Shown here: positions 1-13,300 of the stretch, in pieces | Layout of the letters: the number at the start of each line of letters is the position of its first letter | Numbering within the stretch: position 1 is the stretch's first letter | DNA from: Marsupella aquatica | Lineage: Eukaryota > Plantae > Marchantiophyta | Length of the DNA stretch: 64,000 nt | Assembly (NCBI GenBank): GCA_973895155.1 | Contig: OZ316892.1 | Span: 27,552,307-27,616,306 of the forward strand | Reading direction: 5' to 3' | Made by a program: the position numbers and the translations under genes | The notes under the pieces: generated by a model | What the model saw: the letters and a program-made list of their open reading frames with translations, nothing else | Database searches by the model: none | What the model was told of the DNA's origin: nothing

Positions 1-564
1 ACTTCATTTCTGCCTCGATTTCTGCCTACTGAGAGAAAGTTTATATTGTTGTCTAGAAACTGTGAGCCGAGTTCTTGTGATTCAGAGCCACTCACCTCAT
101 GATTAATGTGTGGGCTTTTTCTACCAGCGAGGAAACTGCCGGGTCTCGTCGCATTGGCGAAAATCAAGGTATCAGAATAATAATCTAGCTGCAATCTCAG
201 CGCTCTATTAATTTGAATGCACGCCTAGCTGCTGAAGTCTTGAAATTAGCGAGGATTGCAACGAGTTGGACTAGTCGACAACTCTGACTTCATCTCCTTA
301 CCTCCCTAGAGTTTTTCATTGATACTTACAATAGCTAGACGAGCTTCGCTGCAGTTAAAATTAATTTTCGATAGAGAGTATACCTGTTGAGGTTCCCGAG
401 CTAGTAAGGTTTCACTCTCAGTTCTTATCCTTGTACGATAGTCTGACCGGTATCTGAAGGCCAAAAATCAACATTTGGTTTAGCAGTTGTGTGGGTCGGC
501 TAGGGTGGGGCTTAATATCTCATCTCTCGATCCTGTAGTGATCATATAGCTAACGAGCCTATAG

Positions 565-1143
565 ATGGATCACAACATGGATGCTGTGGAGAAGATTAGA
601 CTCTCAGCTAGGGAGATTGTTGGCTACAAGGAAGGAGCCATTTGGTCGTCTCCAATTGGATTCATCCCTGGTCCTCATCAGATCATCATGGGCTCTCTGT
701 TAACATGGCTCTGCGCAGCTTTGTGCCGAATCTGGGAAGTTCCAAACAATTTCAAGAAGGCCCTGGAGCAGAACCTGGTCTCCCAGGAAGCGTACAGCAA
801 GCAGTTCAAACAGTTCCTGGAGAAGTTAGCAGGCGCAGGCAACGTGGGACCTGCAGACTCCATGATGGATATAGTGTCATTGGGAGTGATGGTCACTGGA
901 GCTATTCTATACGTTAAAGCTGCGTATGACTCCCGAAGGTGGGACGCGAACAGATCAGAGAAGGACTATGAGCAACTGATCAAAGAGTTTGTCGATCTCC
1001 ATGGGCCTGATCTGAAACAAACTGTTCGCGAGAGTCACTCAATCGCGGATGTTCTCAACCCTGAGACGGATAGAGACCAAGTCAACAAACAGCTTGTAGA
1101 GTATTTTGATAGAGTTAGTGCTCAGCATCGTGCCCGTGACTAA
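565..1143 (+). CDS. Uncharacterised helical protein (192 aa), weak resemblance to DUF697/YcjF-type domain
   Basis: Clean 579-nt ORF with coding-like composition. N-terminal AREIV..GAIWSSPIGFIPGPHQIIMGSLLTWLCAALCRIW resembles the A..IV...A...P.P....L...M..L..IY pattern of DUF697, followed by a second hydrophobic stretch (IVSLGVMVTGAILYV). The ATG is preceded by ATAG, so this may be a terminal exon. Confidence 0.55.
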   Translation: MDHNMDAVEKIRLSAREIVGYKEGAIWSSPIGFIPGPHQIIMGSLLTWLCAALCRIWEVPNNFKKALEQNLVSQEAYSKQFKQFLEKLAGAGNVGPADSMMDIVSLGVMVTGAILYVKAAYDSRRWDANRSEKDYEQLIKEFVDLHGPDLKQTVRESHSIADVLNPETDRDQVNKQLVEYFDRVSAQHRARD

Positions 1144-3208
1144 TGTGATCTGAAAGAAAATCTACCTGAGACGTTTTCAATTACTTTGCATGACCGGGAA
1201 GGATAGGGATCAAGCTAAACTGGGCTAGCACTCAATTTTTGTGCATGTCCATGACTCCCAATGCGTAGCTAGGTGTAATCCTTTCAGTTTGACATCAGCC
1301 ATGTTACAATTTCTGATGAATGATAAGGTACGGTGATCGCATGAGATTTTGTGTTCTAAAATGATTTCCAGACAATCATCCAATAATGTTTTTCTCCGTG
1401 GATACTTAGCTAGAAAATCGGTTTCGAGTAGTAGAAGTTTCAAGTTTAGATGAATCTAATGTCTTGGATTTAAATTTCGATTCCAACTTCGATACCAACT
1501 AATTTCGCATCAACGGTGCTTCCAATTCTTGAAAACTTGGTAGCTTTCCTAATACTCCGACCTGTGTCATAATTTGGTTCACGAGTCTTGGTGACGTTCT
1601 CCTTTGTGGCACAGCCAATAAATGAAATCAGAGTGTCTGACCCAGTTATTTTAGTATAGCAACACACATTACCCAAAATAATTGCGTAGCCAATTTGTGA
1701 GATAATTCACATGTTACAGTCTCATTTCAAGTTCAGACCAGGTTATATGAAGTGGCCCTAACAATAAACAATAAATAAATTGTGGGGCTGAGTAAATCAG
1801 ATGCAAGGAACAACAATTTGTAACCAGAAAAAGGAGGGCAACCCCCGGGGTAGCTCTGTGGTAGGGCCAAATGAGCTGCTCATTTGGCTGTGTCTAGCAT
1901 TTGATTGTTAGTGCATCACTTCACCTCGCACCAAACAAACAAACAACATTCGCTAAGTTAAAACTTCTAAAGGCTAATCCTGTGTGGTGATAAAAACCTT
2001 CATCTCCACTGTCTGGAGAATGTGCTCGATTTCGAGTTTCCGAGTCTTCCTCGTAGAATCGACCTGGATCTTTCAAGCAATGTGAGTGGTGTGAGTCCGA
2101 TCCGGCACCCATTTCCAGCATACCGACCTTCTGAAATCTGCATGTCTTTGATGTCTCGATACTACCATGACTATCTGGATATGTTCAATAACCACTGGAC
2201 GGGCTGTTTGCACGAGAGTCTTGATATGACATTCTAGTGACAGTGGTGGGGGATACAGCGACGTAGATGGTGCGATCGATCCCAAACACCTTCTGCTTGT
2301 GCGACTTGCTGACCGTGTCATCGATTATCACTGCTCAATAACAAACTTGCATGTATAGTAGCAATTCTAGACTCACACAAACTTTCCAGAGTTTCCACCT
2401 TGAGAAAGAGCAGCGATCGCCACCTGTCAACTGGATGGGTAATAACTTCCAGAGGATGATTCCACACGAAAAAGGATCACACTGAAACCATTTAGCGAAT
2501 CTTTATACAAACTTGAAGAGCATGCTACTGTCCTGACACCTCACCTCTTAAAACCCACCATATAGAGCAAATGCGTGCTTGAGACATCTGCCAAAAGTGT
2601 AGGAGGCATCCAGAAATTTCCACAATTTGAGATTCACCGGGTAAGACAACACTTTTAATTAGCGTCGTTTTCTGCGCTGTGGAAAAAGCGTGAGGATACA
2701 TGCATGCATGTAACTGGCGTCCAGAAGTGGAGGGCTAGGAGGCATTCGAATTTTGTGACAAAACTCCTCACTATGTACCTAGTAAGACTGAGCAGTCTAC
2801 AACTGAAAGATGAAAGATAAAGTGATACCTATCGTGGTATGAAAGGAGCAATAGCAACAGATGATCGATCTAACTAGAATCCATGGACAAACATAAACAT
2901 AGAAGTAACAACTAGCTAGCTACGCACAAACTACGTCATGAATCGATTCCAAAAGCAGCACCATTATATTGTCGACGCTGTGTTCCGAACTACTCTCTCG
3001 TACTAAACCTCCCATGAAGATACACCTGTCTAAGTGAGTCCGATTCGAGCTGTCATGAGGATTTTTGTTTTCCGAGGTACAGAAATCAACTTCGGGTTCC
3101 GAATTCAAGTGCCACAAAAGGAAGATGGCTACTGCAGACGTGTCACTACTACTGATATCGATGGACGTCTTTTCATATGAAGGGATTCGGGTAGTTGCAC
3201 GAGCGATC

Positions 3209-5016
3209 CTAAAAGAGGTCTCTTTCGAATGAGACAGAGAACATAGAAGTTTTCTCTCCAGAGAAGTTTTCAGGTTCTGCGAAAACCTCGACTAGAGTTC
3301 TCCCGAAGTACATTGTGACCTCCACGGACGCCTCATCCTCCATCAGCTGCGCTTCCAGTGGAATAGGATAAATCCAGGAACCAACCTCCGTTATCCCTGG
3401 GTCTGTGACATATTGTGGCTCAGGATCAGTCGTTGATTACATGGTTATATTAAACGCTGTTGCTGCCTTCTGCACAGGGGTGTGGATAAGATACCTGATG
3501 GTTCACAGGAACATCATCGCCAATCCGAGTGAAGACGGAAAATGCGTCTTGGCATAGTGCGTTTCCAGTGTCATCGAATATGAGAGACTTTTGGGGATCC
3601 CCCTTTTTGAACGCTCTGGCCGCAGCTATTCCATAGGTTTTCCTTGATTTCCTGGACATCATTATATCAGGGCCTTGGGTTCCAAACGCAACTGCTCCTT
3701 GGCATATTGCGCTTCCAGGCTGACTAGGACTTCTGATATGCTCCACCTTCGACGAAAATGCGTCCTTAATTTGTTTCATGAGATAAGGGGAATTGGAAAA
3801 CCCACCTACGACCATGATGGCTTTCACACCTGGAGCGAGAGCTAGTTGATCTGTGATCAACTTCAAGATCTTATTGACCTCTCCATCGAAGATCATTTTC
3901 ATGTCTTCGCCTCTGATCACCACTTCGTCGTAGAGGGAATCTGAAGTCCAGGCCCCGCTGGTCTTTTCGTTTGCCTCCCATACTGTTGCGAGCTTCGCTG
4001 GTACCTCCAAGTTGTAGGGATCTGGCATCCCGCTAAAGCCGCTCTTTAATTTTTCCCAGTAACCTTTTATTGTGAGTACAGTAGCAGGATGCTCTGCGCA
4101 GAATTTTTCAAAGCCATCTATTTTTCCAGCAAGATATTCCATGAAGGCCTTGTCCACGAATGTACCCTCACACACAGCTCCTACGCTGCAGGCTACTTCC
4201 TTCACCCGGACGCCAGAGTCATCAACCTTTTCATGAACAACCAAATCCACTGTTCCTCCGCCTGCATCCACAACAAGGAATTTGCTGCCCTTCGGAAACT
4301 TGCTTTCCTTCAATTTGAGTTGGCAGTAGACACTCGCAGCTTCAGGCTCCAACACAATAGAAATCGGATGCGCACTGGCGTCCTTATCTGTGCACCATCG
4401 ACCTTGAACAAGCCCTGCCAGTTGAGAGCAGTGGAGCATTGTTTGCTTGGCCGCATCATCCCAAATTGCAGGGACTGTGAGGCACCATTGAACGTCCTTC
4501 TTCTCAATGTACCCGCCAAACTTGTTCTCCAGCTCCGCCATGATGAACATGGAGAGCTTCTTGAGATAATCGGATATCAATTGCTCAGCTGAGAATCCTT
4601 CTGGTAGTCTTTCTCTCACAAAATCAGCAGCTAGTACGTTGCAGCTTAAATTTGGTAAAGAAATGACCACATGTGGAAAGTAGGTTCGTTCCGCTTGCAG
4701 AGCTGGAGCCTGTTCTACTGCCTCTCATTTTGGCAATAGTGGCTTGAACTGCAGCCTTCCCGTGATTCTCACACGCTGACCAGCCCCAATCCTGGAGCTC
4801 GCCAGTTTCGGCATACCAAAGACTCGTCTGTGTCTTACAATACGGTTTTGCACCAGCTGCTGCCTGGGAGGGCCAGTCGTAAAAGGTATACACTCTATCT
4901 GGTTCACTCTTCAGCGCATACGCAAATCCCGAGAACGTTGTGCCGAAGTCAATGCCTACAACGATATTGACATCCTGAACCCTGCCTTCGCTCATCCTTT
5001 GATGTTTGTTACTCAT
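3209..5016 (-). pseudogene. HSPA12-type Hsp70-like pseudogene (paralog of 13629..15434)
   Basis: Aligns end to end with the intact copy. It has a 4-bp insertion at ~4635-4638 (frameshift after KFKLQ), a 2-bp deletion at ~3470-3482 and a TAT>TAA nonsense at 3437-3439. The ancestral stop TAG is at 3209-3211 after FERDLF. Confidence 0.9.
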
Positions 5017-6397
5017 TGTTGTCGAGCTTCCTGGAAGACGACGTAATCTGACAGTACGTGGTCAGCATGATCTGCATGAGTGTTCAATTCTTCAAGGATG
5101 CCATATGAAACAGCATATCGACATTAAAAAATCTACACTAATTAACGTGCAGTCAAATGGACATTTCAGGCAAAGTTAGGCAGGTCAGGCTTGCATTCTG
5201 CGATCGAATTCGTACCGGAGGGAAAAAGTCACTGTCTTGGAAGCGCTTGATGGTGTTGTCAGACCTGGATTTGACGCAGATGCTCAATTCAAAACGTTAC
5301 CACTATCACGGTCTCACCGAAGCTAGTCGATGGGTCGACTTTTAAACGGTTTGAGCTGATCATGTAAAGAGCCCTGACGGCTCTTTTCCGAAATTTGCTT
5401 GGATGAAAGCAATGAATAAAATCATCTGAACTCCGTCTCAGACTGTGTTAAGTTGAGCGCAGACTCTGTTAAGCTCGTTAATCAATTCCTATTGGTAAGA
5501 ATTTGGATGTACGGTCCTTCTCTCATGAAATAAGAAGCACCCGTATTGGCATTCAGTCCTTTCCACGAAGCAGAAATTAACGTAACAAACCCAGTACCAT
5601 ATCAAGCACTAATAAAGAACCCACAAAAATTAAACTTGCTCGGTAAGTGAGGGAAGTTCTAAAGACGCGGATCATGAGTTCAGCACAGCGTTCACAAATG
5701 TGAACTCATATATCCCCATGTTACAAATCTAGATGTGAAAGAAGTAGGACTACCAGTAGAGTGACTACCCTTGCCACGTACCGGATTGCCTGTCCCAAAC
5801 GACTGCAGTCAGTTGAGGAGGATTCGAAAGACAGCGACGCCGTTGAAGATTTTCCAGATCACTTCCCAATGTAGAGGAGGGTCATGTACTAATGATATAT
5901 AGCTACTCTCACTTTACCAATTTTGAGAGTCCTCGCCTTGGGAGCCGATTGCCTGCCCCAGACGGCAATTACCACCGTTAAATCAGACCATCAATGAGCC
6001 GTCCCTGTCAGTTTCCACTAGCTTCCCACTCTACAATAGGCTCACGACAGTCCATTCCATGGATACTGAAGGCTTTACTGGATACCAGTATCAGGTTGAT
6101 GATGATTATACCGTGGAAGGTACTGTACATTGGAAATGGCCAACCAAACTTCACATTGTATACCTTCGAGAGCGACTAGAAAACACAGACACAGCTTTCA
6201 TTTTCAGACTAAAATTCTAAACCTACTCTCGGGAAATTATATAATTATGGGGAAGAATGGAAGACGCCAACATTAAGTCCTTTCTGTTTGGCAGGTAACT
6301 CCATGATGTACAATACCTTCCAGAAGGATGTACTCGTTTGTAGTCTGTGTCGAACTTCACGCTCGTTCATAATCATGATTTACTCGATTGTTCTCGA

Positions 6398-6456
6398 ACC
6401 AGTTACTTTGCACGTAAGTTTCGGTCGAACCAGTTACTTTGCACGTAAGTTTCGGT
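6398..6456. repeat. Short tandem duplication (~30 bp x2)
   Basis: tcgaaccagttactttgcacgtaagtttcgg occurs twice. Confidence 0.8.
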
Positions 6457-6799
6457 AGTTCTGTCACAGACAATCGGGGCTTTTGATTACGGGTTAGGAA
6501 AATCTTGGTACCTTCTAGCGTAGGGTAAGGTGAAAATAAACCTCACAAAATCAGCCGCCAATTATGAAATCAAAATCTGAAATCACGTCGGAATTAAGAA
6601 CCAATGTCTAAATGCACTTGAGCTTTTGACCTGAAGCTGACCGGCTCGTTTCCACTCCCTCATTTGTTACACAATTCTGTCAATCACATTACTCTTTCAT
6701 ATAATATATTTCTGACACAGTTCTGTCAAATAATATATCACACAGCCGAAAAGGAACTAATATTTCCCATCGATAGTATATGCATATCTTACTACCAAT

Positions 6800-6904
6800 T
6801 GATATTCTTTATTTAATATGTATACACTAGTCTTGTGTTTATAGTAAAGTTCGATATTCTTTATTTAATATGTATACACTAGTCTTGTGTTTATAGTAAA
6901 GTTC
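6800..6904. repeat. Short tandem duplication (~52 bp x2)
   Basis: gatattctttatttaatatgtatacactagtcttgtgtttatagtaaagttc occurs twice. Confidence 0.8.
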
Positions 6905-7404
6905 TCTGTACAAGGCATGCAATGTGTAATATAATGCCCCCTATAATGCCCCACAAAAATGACAGTTTCAATTAATTAGTTGGACGAACCCTGGCTTGGT
7001 TGTGTAATCTTTATGTTATTCAATAAGTTAGAGCAATGAAGTGTTGCAGATTAGAATAGGTTAGAACATGGAGATGAGCAGACAAAGATTAAATGGAGGA
7101 TTATGAATGAAGTGGGCGCTTAAGCCTGTACTTAGAACACTCTCAATTTCATGGAATACAAAGAGGAGAATAGTGATAACCTGGAAAAATGTTTCCTTAG
7201 TATCTCTATGTCCATACAGTCCCATGTAACTTTGGGTATGGAGTCCATGTAACATTGCGTATAATAGATGCAAAATGTTACAAAAACCAAAGAGTTTGCA
7301 AAGTTATGTCCCCTGTCACCCTAGTTTTACTTCACTTGTTCCGAAAGTCCCCTATCACACTTTGTTTCCCCTTGTGCACAGAAACTGATAATCGACACTA
7401 TCTC

Positions 7405-7745
7405 TTGATGGTTTTCTCAGACCTGGATTTGACGCACATCCTCAACTTCAAAATGTTACCACTGTCAGTCTCACCGAAGCTAGTCGATCGATCGAGTACA
7501 AACGGTATGTGCGGGTCATGTAAAGGGCTGATTGTTGTTTCCCTACATGAGCTAGGATGAAAGCAATGCATAAAATCAATTGAACCCGCTCAGACTGTGT
7601 TAAGTTGAGCGTAGCTGATCTCAGATAGTTCGTTAATCAATTCCTGTTGGAAATTTTCTGGATGAACCGGGGGATGAACCTTCTCTCATGAGATAAGAAG
7701 CCAACAGTATTGGCATGTAGTTCGTTCACGAAGTAAAAATTAATT
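7405..7745 (+). repeat. Third copy of the Hsp70-like upstream block
   Basis: Matches 5245-5580 and 15770-15870 plus 16340-16530 (cagacctggatttgacgca, gtctcaccgaagctagtcga, cagactgtgttaagttgagcg, tcgttaatcaattcct). Confidence 0.8.
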
Positions 7746-8869
7746 TCTCTCGTTGTCCACAAGAAATAAACAGTCAAAGCTCCATTATGTCGGTTGAGCT
7801 TTGCTTGAACATCAAGGGTGAATGAATATGAACAAGATGGCAACAGTTTGAACCACTCTTGACCGCAGTGGGAGGCTCAATTTTAGTTCTCCATGCAGAT
7901 ATACATATGTCTGACATTTACTACATAATTGTGACTCTTGTTTGTAGAATTTCACACTATTTTTAGTTTAATTACTTCAGTGCAGCCTTTTCCACTGCTG
8001 CCAAGCAAAATAAATCTGGTTAGTTAATTTGGAACTCGATCCAATTGAAGGTCAATAACTTGCAAGTTTTCCATCATCAGACAGTCCTCACCATCCTCAA
8101 TTTAACCTCGACATGGGCCCCAACACCCTCTCTCCCCCTCGACCAGAGGGGAATACATGTGGGAGTGGGTCAGCTAACCAGGAGGGGGCATAGCAGGTTC
8201 ACCTTGTGATTTGTTGCTACATAATCTCTAATGTGGGGGAATCTGCCATGAGAATTTGAGGTTTTAACATACACTACTCTTCGAAAACCAGTAGTTATTT
8301 AGCAGAAATCTCTGTCATCATGGGTGCACGTGCTTGAAACTAGACATATTGTGAGCAAATTTTGAGCCCTCACTATCTCACCAACCCTACTAGGGGGCCT
8401 GTCAATCAAATCTATGATCTGTGATCGCTTTGATGAGTTACACTAAGACCTTAATTTGAGGACTGCTGTAGAACATTTGTCTTTGAGGAGAAATGTAGGG
8501 AGAATGAATACCTTCAGGACTATTCTAGAAAATGATTCTCAATGACTCACGGTCGAAGTACCGTGAAAGAGAATGAATATGATCTCTTTGCTTGGGATCT
8601 CCGTTGTCATTTGTCCTGTACATCAAGATATTAACCGCCACAATTTGCAAGTACACCTCCGACAGGCTATGTCGGCGGCCACGCGTAGGTTCACTCTACC
8701 AATCTTTATCCGTTGCATTCCAGTTCCTTCGCCAAGTATAGGTACAACTCAAATTGTGTACGATTGCATATAACACATCGAAGTGAGTCATCGACCTTGT
8801 TAGAAAGAAGTTACTATTGTCTAGTGATTAGAAATTTCCCTCTACCCTGGGTGCAGTGGAGATCATTTG

Positions 8870-10380
8870 ATGGGGGATCATTGTAAACGTGACGAGACAA
8901 GTGGAATACGAGAAAGGATTGCCAAGGGAAAAGAAAGCTCGATACGAGCGTCTGCTGTCGATACGAAGGCCTCTCGGCGCATTGTCGCACTGGGTTCTAC
9001 AAGTCTGTCTTAGTGGAGCAAGAAAATACATTCGAACTCCGAACAGATTTTCAACCAGAAAGATGACTTGCGGACGACCATTTCTACCGGTAAGAGGGAC
9101 GCCTACCTTATACGGTTGATACGTGCCTATGAAATTTGTGCGCTAACTGTATTATCATCTGTTCTTGTCGACACGAATTTTGCACCTGCTTGTTTAGCTG
9201 TCGACGCATTTAGTTAGTGGTGTAATGCTAACTGGGCCATCCGTTTGACATCCGATATACCTCAGGAGGACATTGAACGAATTGCAAGTCAATTTAGGAG
9301 GCAGGTAGCTGACAATGACGTGACACTTCAAGAACTGCAAGCTGCCAGAAATGAAATCGGTGAACTGAAAGGCCATCTCAAAGAGTCCGAAAATACCATC
9401 TGTGGGTTGAAACGAGAGCTCAACGACGCCGGAGTTCATGAACTGGAACTGCTCAAAATTCGTCATGAGTCTCATCGATTGGGACAACTTATTCGGCAGA
9501 AGAACGACGCAATTGTTTCGCTGAACGAGAAAGTTCAGTATTTGACCTCAATAGTGGCAGAGCTTGAAAAGACTTCTCGCGAGCACGAGTCTTGTGCCAA
9601 ACCGAAGTCGCAAAACCTGAAGTTTGTGTGCAGCAGAACGCCATTTGTGGTTATGCAGATGAACATGCTACACCGTCTCTCCTCAACACGGCTTTGTCGA
9701 ATACAAAGGCTGCAGTCGCGAGGTTCCAAACAGCTTTCGGGGATGCGATCAAGCACAACTGCGACCCTGCCTCAATTGAGAATCTACTGAAACCGGATGC
9801 TCACTTTGCGAGAAGCAGCCACATAAGCTTTGCTGTCAGAGCGGCTGTCTATGAGGTCTTTTTCGAAGGTTTTGAGAATGAGAGTTTCAACCCGTTCTCT
9901 GGTGTTTCAATGTTTCTAGATCCTGGCGTTCGTCAGAACAAGTCCTACGAATACTATCTTCGAGAGAAGCAAAATCACTCGAGTGACTTAATGGATCCAC
10001 AATTTGAGGCTTTCTGCGAAATGAAGGTCCCTCTTCTTTGGGAGAAATTCAATCTCCGACTAGAGAACACGAACGCAACGATGCAAGTTGCCTGCCTTGA
10101 AGCATTCGGCGGCTCTCAGTTGGTTTCAAGCTTCCGAGTGGCAGCGATGAACGTGTGGCTCTTGCACAAGCTTGCCTTTTCTTTTGAACCACCTGCCTCT
10201 ATCTTCAGGGTTGAGCAGGGTGCCGGGGTGGATTTAAATTACATGGAACCGGTGGTGAATCTGGAAGATAGTCAGAGATTTGTCAAGGAGGTAGGTTTCA
10301 TGATTACTCCTGGATTTCGTATTCGAAAGGCTGTCCTACGCTGTGAAATTTACCTAGCGGGTGCAACTACGATTGCCTAG
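8870..10380 (+). pseudogene. Coiled-coil + GIL1/IRKI-type C-terminal domain pseudogene (paralog of 19267..21153)
   Basis: Exon 1 (8870-9089) has an extra A at ~8930. A ~370-bp deletion at ~9250 removes the intron acceptor and the start of exon 2 (ccgtttgaca joins sequence equivalent to ~20023). There is a frameshift at ~9605. The C-terminal domain is nearly identical to the intact copy. Confidence 0.85.
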
Positions 10381-13300
10381 TGAGGCCCATAGTACAAACG
10401 ATTTGCTTAAGTAGCCATTGTCAAGCTCTCTGGTACAATGGCACTGAGCTTAGGAAGTCCATGTGTTGCGGAATCCAATATCTTAAGATCCCCGTCTTTG
10501 AGATTTGGGAAGCATCAGATGAAAATAATTATTGACATATCTTGTTAGTCCTAGCTTGATTTCATTTATCCATTGTTTGAGTTGAAACCAAAAGCACGGA
10601 ACCAAAGGTATTGTCGTTTCAGAGAGGTTCGCGGTTTAATCTACTGACAGACCAACGCGGATTGATTGCATGCATTGCCAGATTTGTGTCACACAGCCAC
10701 AGAAATGAGATCCCCTTCCCCCCCCCCGGACAAGTGTGACTTCCAAAAATTCCGATGCAGTTTCCAAGTGGTCGAAATATAATTCCTAAATGCATTGAAC
10801 GGAAGACTTCCTTCCTTCACATTCCTTTATTCTGGAATAAAAATTATTTGAATTTTTTCACATCAGTTTTACATGAATTAATTGGACGTGAAAATAAATG
10901 TTTAAGTAAACTGTGGGGGTGAGTAAATTAGATGCAAGCAAGGCAATTTGCAACCCGATAAAGGGAGAAGACTCCGCGGTAGCTACTGGATTAGCGCCAA
11001 ATGAGCTGCTCATTGGGCTGTGTCTAGCATTTGGTTGTTAGTGCATCAGTTCACCTCGCACATTGGCTAAATTCTTCTGAAGGTAAGTCCTCTGTGGTAA
11101 TAAAAGCCATCATCTCCACTGGAGAATGTGCTCGAGCAATATTGTGACCGATTTGTTCTGCAGCTACTAGTTGTAGTAAGTTCTTTCCTGTGGCCAATCT
11201 ACGTACCATCAGAAACCCACAAAGAGAACATACGCCAATTGCAACATCACCAACTTGAAACCTGATTGTGTATAAACCTTAGGAACTGAGTAAGTCGTGT
11301 CCTTTCTAGTCAGAAATATATTTGGCTCTGAGTAATTACTCCATGTTCATCAAATGGGACCGGAATATACGAAATCATTCGAAGAATCTTCCTTGATGAA
11401 TTCTCCTCGTTCTTCAAATTTATAATAACCTTTTTCCAATCATTTAGATATGACATGCTTCTCAAATTCAGAAAATCCACAAATGATGAGAATGACAGTA
11501 GTCAAGATAGACCTGCCTGTGTGCGCTAGTTTACTTGTGTTGCAGAAGTACCTGTTTAGCATCTCCAGTGCAGTACGGAATCTGAAAAAATATTTGTCCT
11601 CTATTTTCTGAGGCCCACATATATTTACTTTTGTCAATCCATTTACAATGTGTCATATGATCCTGACTGGCTCTCTCCAGATGCGGTCACGTATTCCCGC
11701 GTTGTGGACCTCTCGATCTTTGCAGCTTAATGAAATACAGTCACTGGAAAGAGCTGTGCTCTGATGAACGTGGTCTTGAACTTACTGAGAAATTTACTTG
11801 ACGTCCCCGGAGTTTATATTGTATTGTTCGTACACAGGGGTACTCCTGCCTTGCTCACTTCGACCATGACAGAGTGAGATTCATCCGAATCACCCTCACA
11901 TTCCCGTCTACAGTGCAGATATCGGAATTATCTGTTCCCTCTAGCTTAAATCCTAGTTTCTCCTCCCTTTCGAGTCAGATGTAAATTACTAAGAGACTGG
12001 AGACTGATTGGCGAACGAATTCATGAATTGTGCATCAAATATAGACTCACATAGCAATTCAGTGGTTTTCACTTGATTGTTCTACAAAAAGTATGATACA
12101 AAATCCAGTCAAGCATCACTTCCATACAATATGAGGATTCAGTTAGGATTCAGTTAATTTCTACGTTACTACACGAACGTAGAAATTAGAAATTCAATTT
12201 CAAACTCTAGTTTACCCACAGCTCGACCGGGAGCTCGACCCACAGTAGGCAAGTGTCTTGTTTAGGTTATAGTCGAAAGCCCAAAGGGTGTTCTATTCTG
12301 GGCTATCACTGTGACTATCTTAAACCTTTGTCTTGATTGTAGCCTCGTGAAAGAGACGTGACCCAAATTGCAGTCGAACTTAACGCAACTGGACAGATTT
12401 CAATACCCAAAGTACAAGATTTTCGAGTGTCAACTCTATCACAACGACTGTTCTTCGACTTTTAACACTATTATCCCACCTCCAAATTAGCTTCCTTCGC
12501 CGTTAACGTCTTTTTATCTCCATTCGGACTTATCTCTATGAATTCATTTCCTGGATCTGGATGGCAAGTTGATCTTTCAGGCACTATTCCTTCAATCATA
12601 AGCAACCCCCGGGTCTTTCTTGTAGAATAGAACTGGTTGTTTCAAGAAATAATTTGAGTGATGTGACTCCGGCACAGTCCCTTTCCAGGATCCCGACCTT
12701 CCGAAATCGGCATAGCTTGTGTGACATGCTGACCGTGTTATTGATTATTACAGCACAATATTTATAACAAACTTGCAGCCTTACACAAACTATTCAGAGC
12801 TTCCACCTCGAGAAAGAGCATCGATGCCACCTGACAACTGGATGGGTAATTACTTCCAGAGGATGATTCCACAAGAAGAAAATATGGCATTGAAAGTTTT
12901 AGTGAATCGTTATGTACGTGGAGTTGCTACTGTACTGACACATTCACTTAAAACCCACCATATAGAGCAGATGCGTGCTGGAGGCATATGCCAAAATTGT
13001 ATAAGGCATCCAGAAATCTTGCCAGAAATTTCCGCAATCTGAGATTCACGGGTTAAGACACAACACTTTTAATTGACGTCGTTTTCTGCGCTATGGAACT
13101 GACGGACTAGGAGGATTTTGAAAGGGTCTTCGAATTAGTGACGACAATCCTGACTGCCATAGGAAGACTAAGCAACTGGACGATGCGAGATGAAGTGATA
13201 AGTACCGTGGTAGGAAAGCAGCAATAGCAAAAGATGATCTGAATAGAATCCGTGAAAAAACATCCATAGTAGTACGTAGCGACTAGCACAAACTACTTCC

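Larger units (their letters stand above)
1775..10830. repeat. Tandem segmental duplication, unit 1 (pseudogenised Hsp70-like/IRKI-like pair)
   Basis: Collinear blocks (approximate): 1775-2030~10905-11135, 2296-3200~12726-13620, 3200-5140~13620-15560, 5160-6330~15680-17310, 8480-10820~18500-21640. Confidence 0.9.

Noticed and set aside
4089-4592. Antisense ORFs over Hsp70-like genes (also 14655-14975), eEF2 and the 25054 gene
   Set aside because: Shadow ORFs produced by codon bias on the coding strand.
3450-5016. Programmed frameshift or small intron rescuing Hsp70-like copy 1
   Set aside because: The paralog shows a plain 4-bp insertion with no slippery site or intron, and two more downstream lesions exist.
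5020-5110. Heat-shock element upstream of the Hsp70-like genes
   Set aside because: No correctly spaced triple nGAAn inverted array was found.
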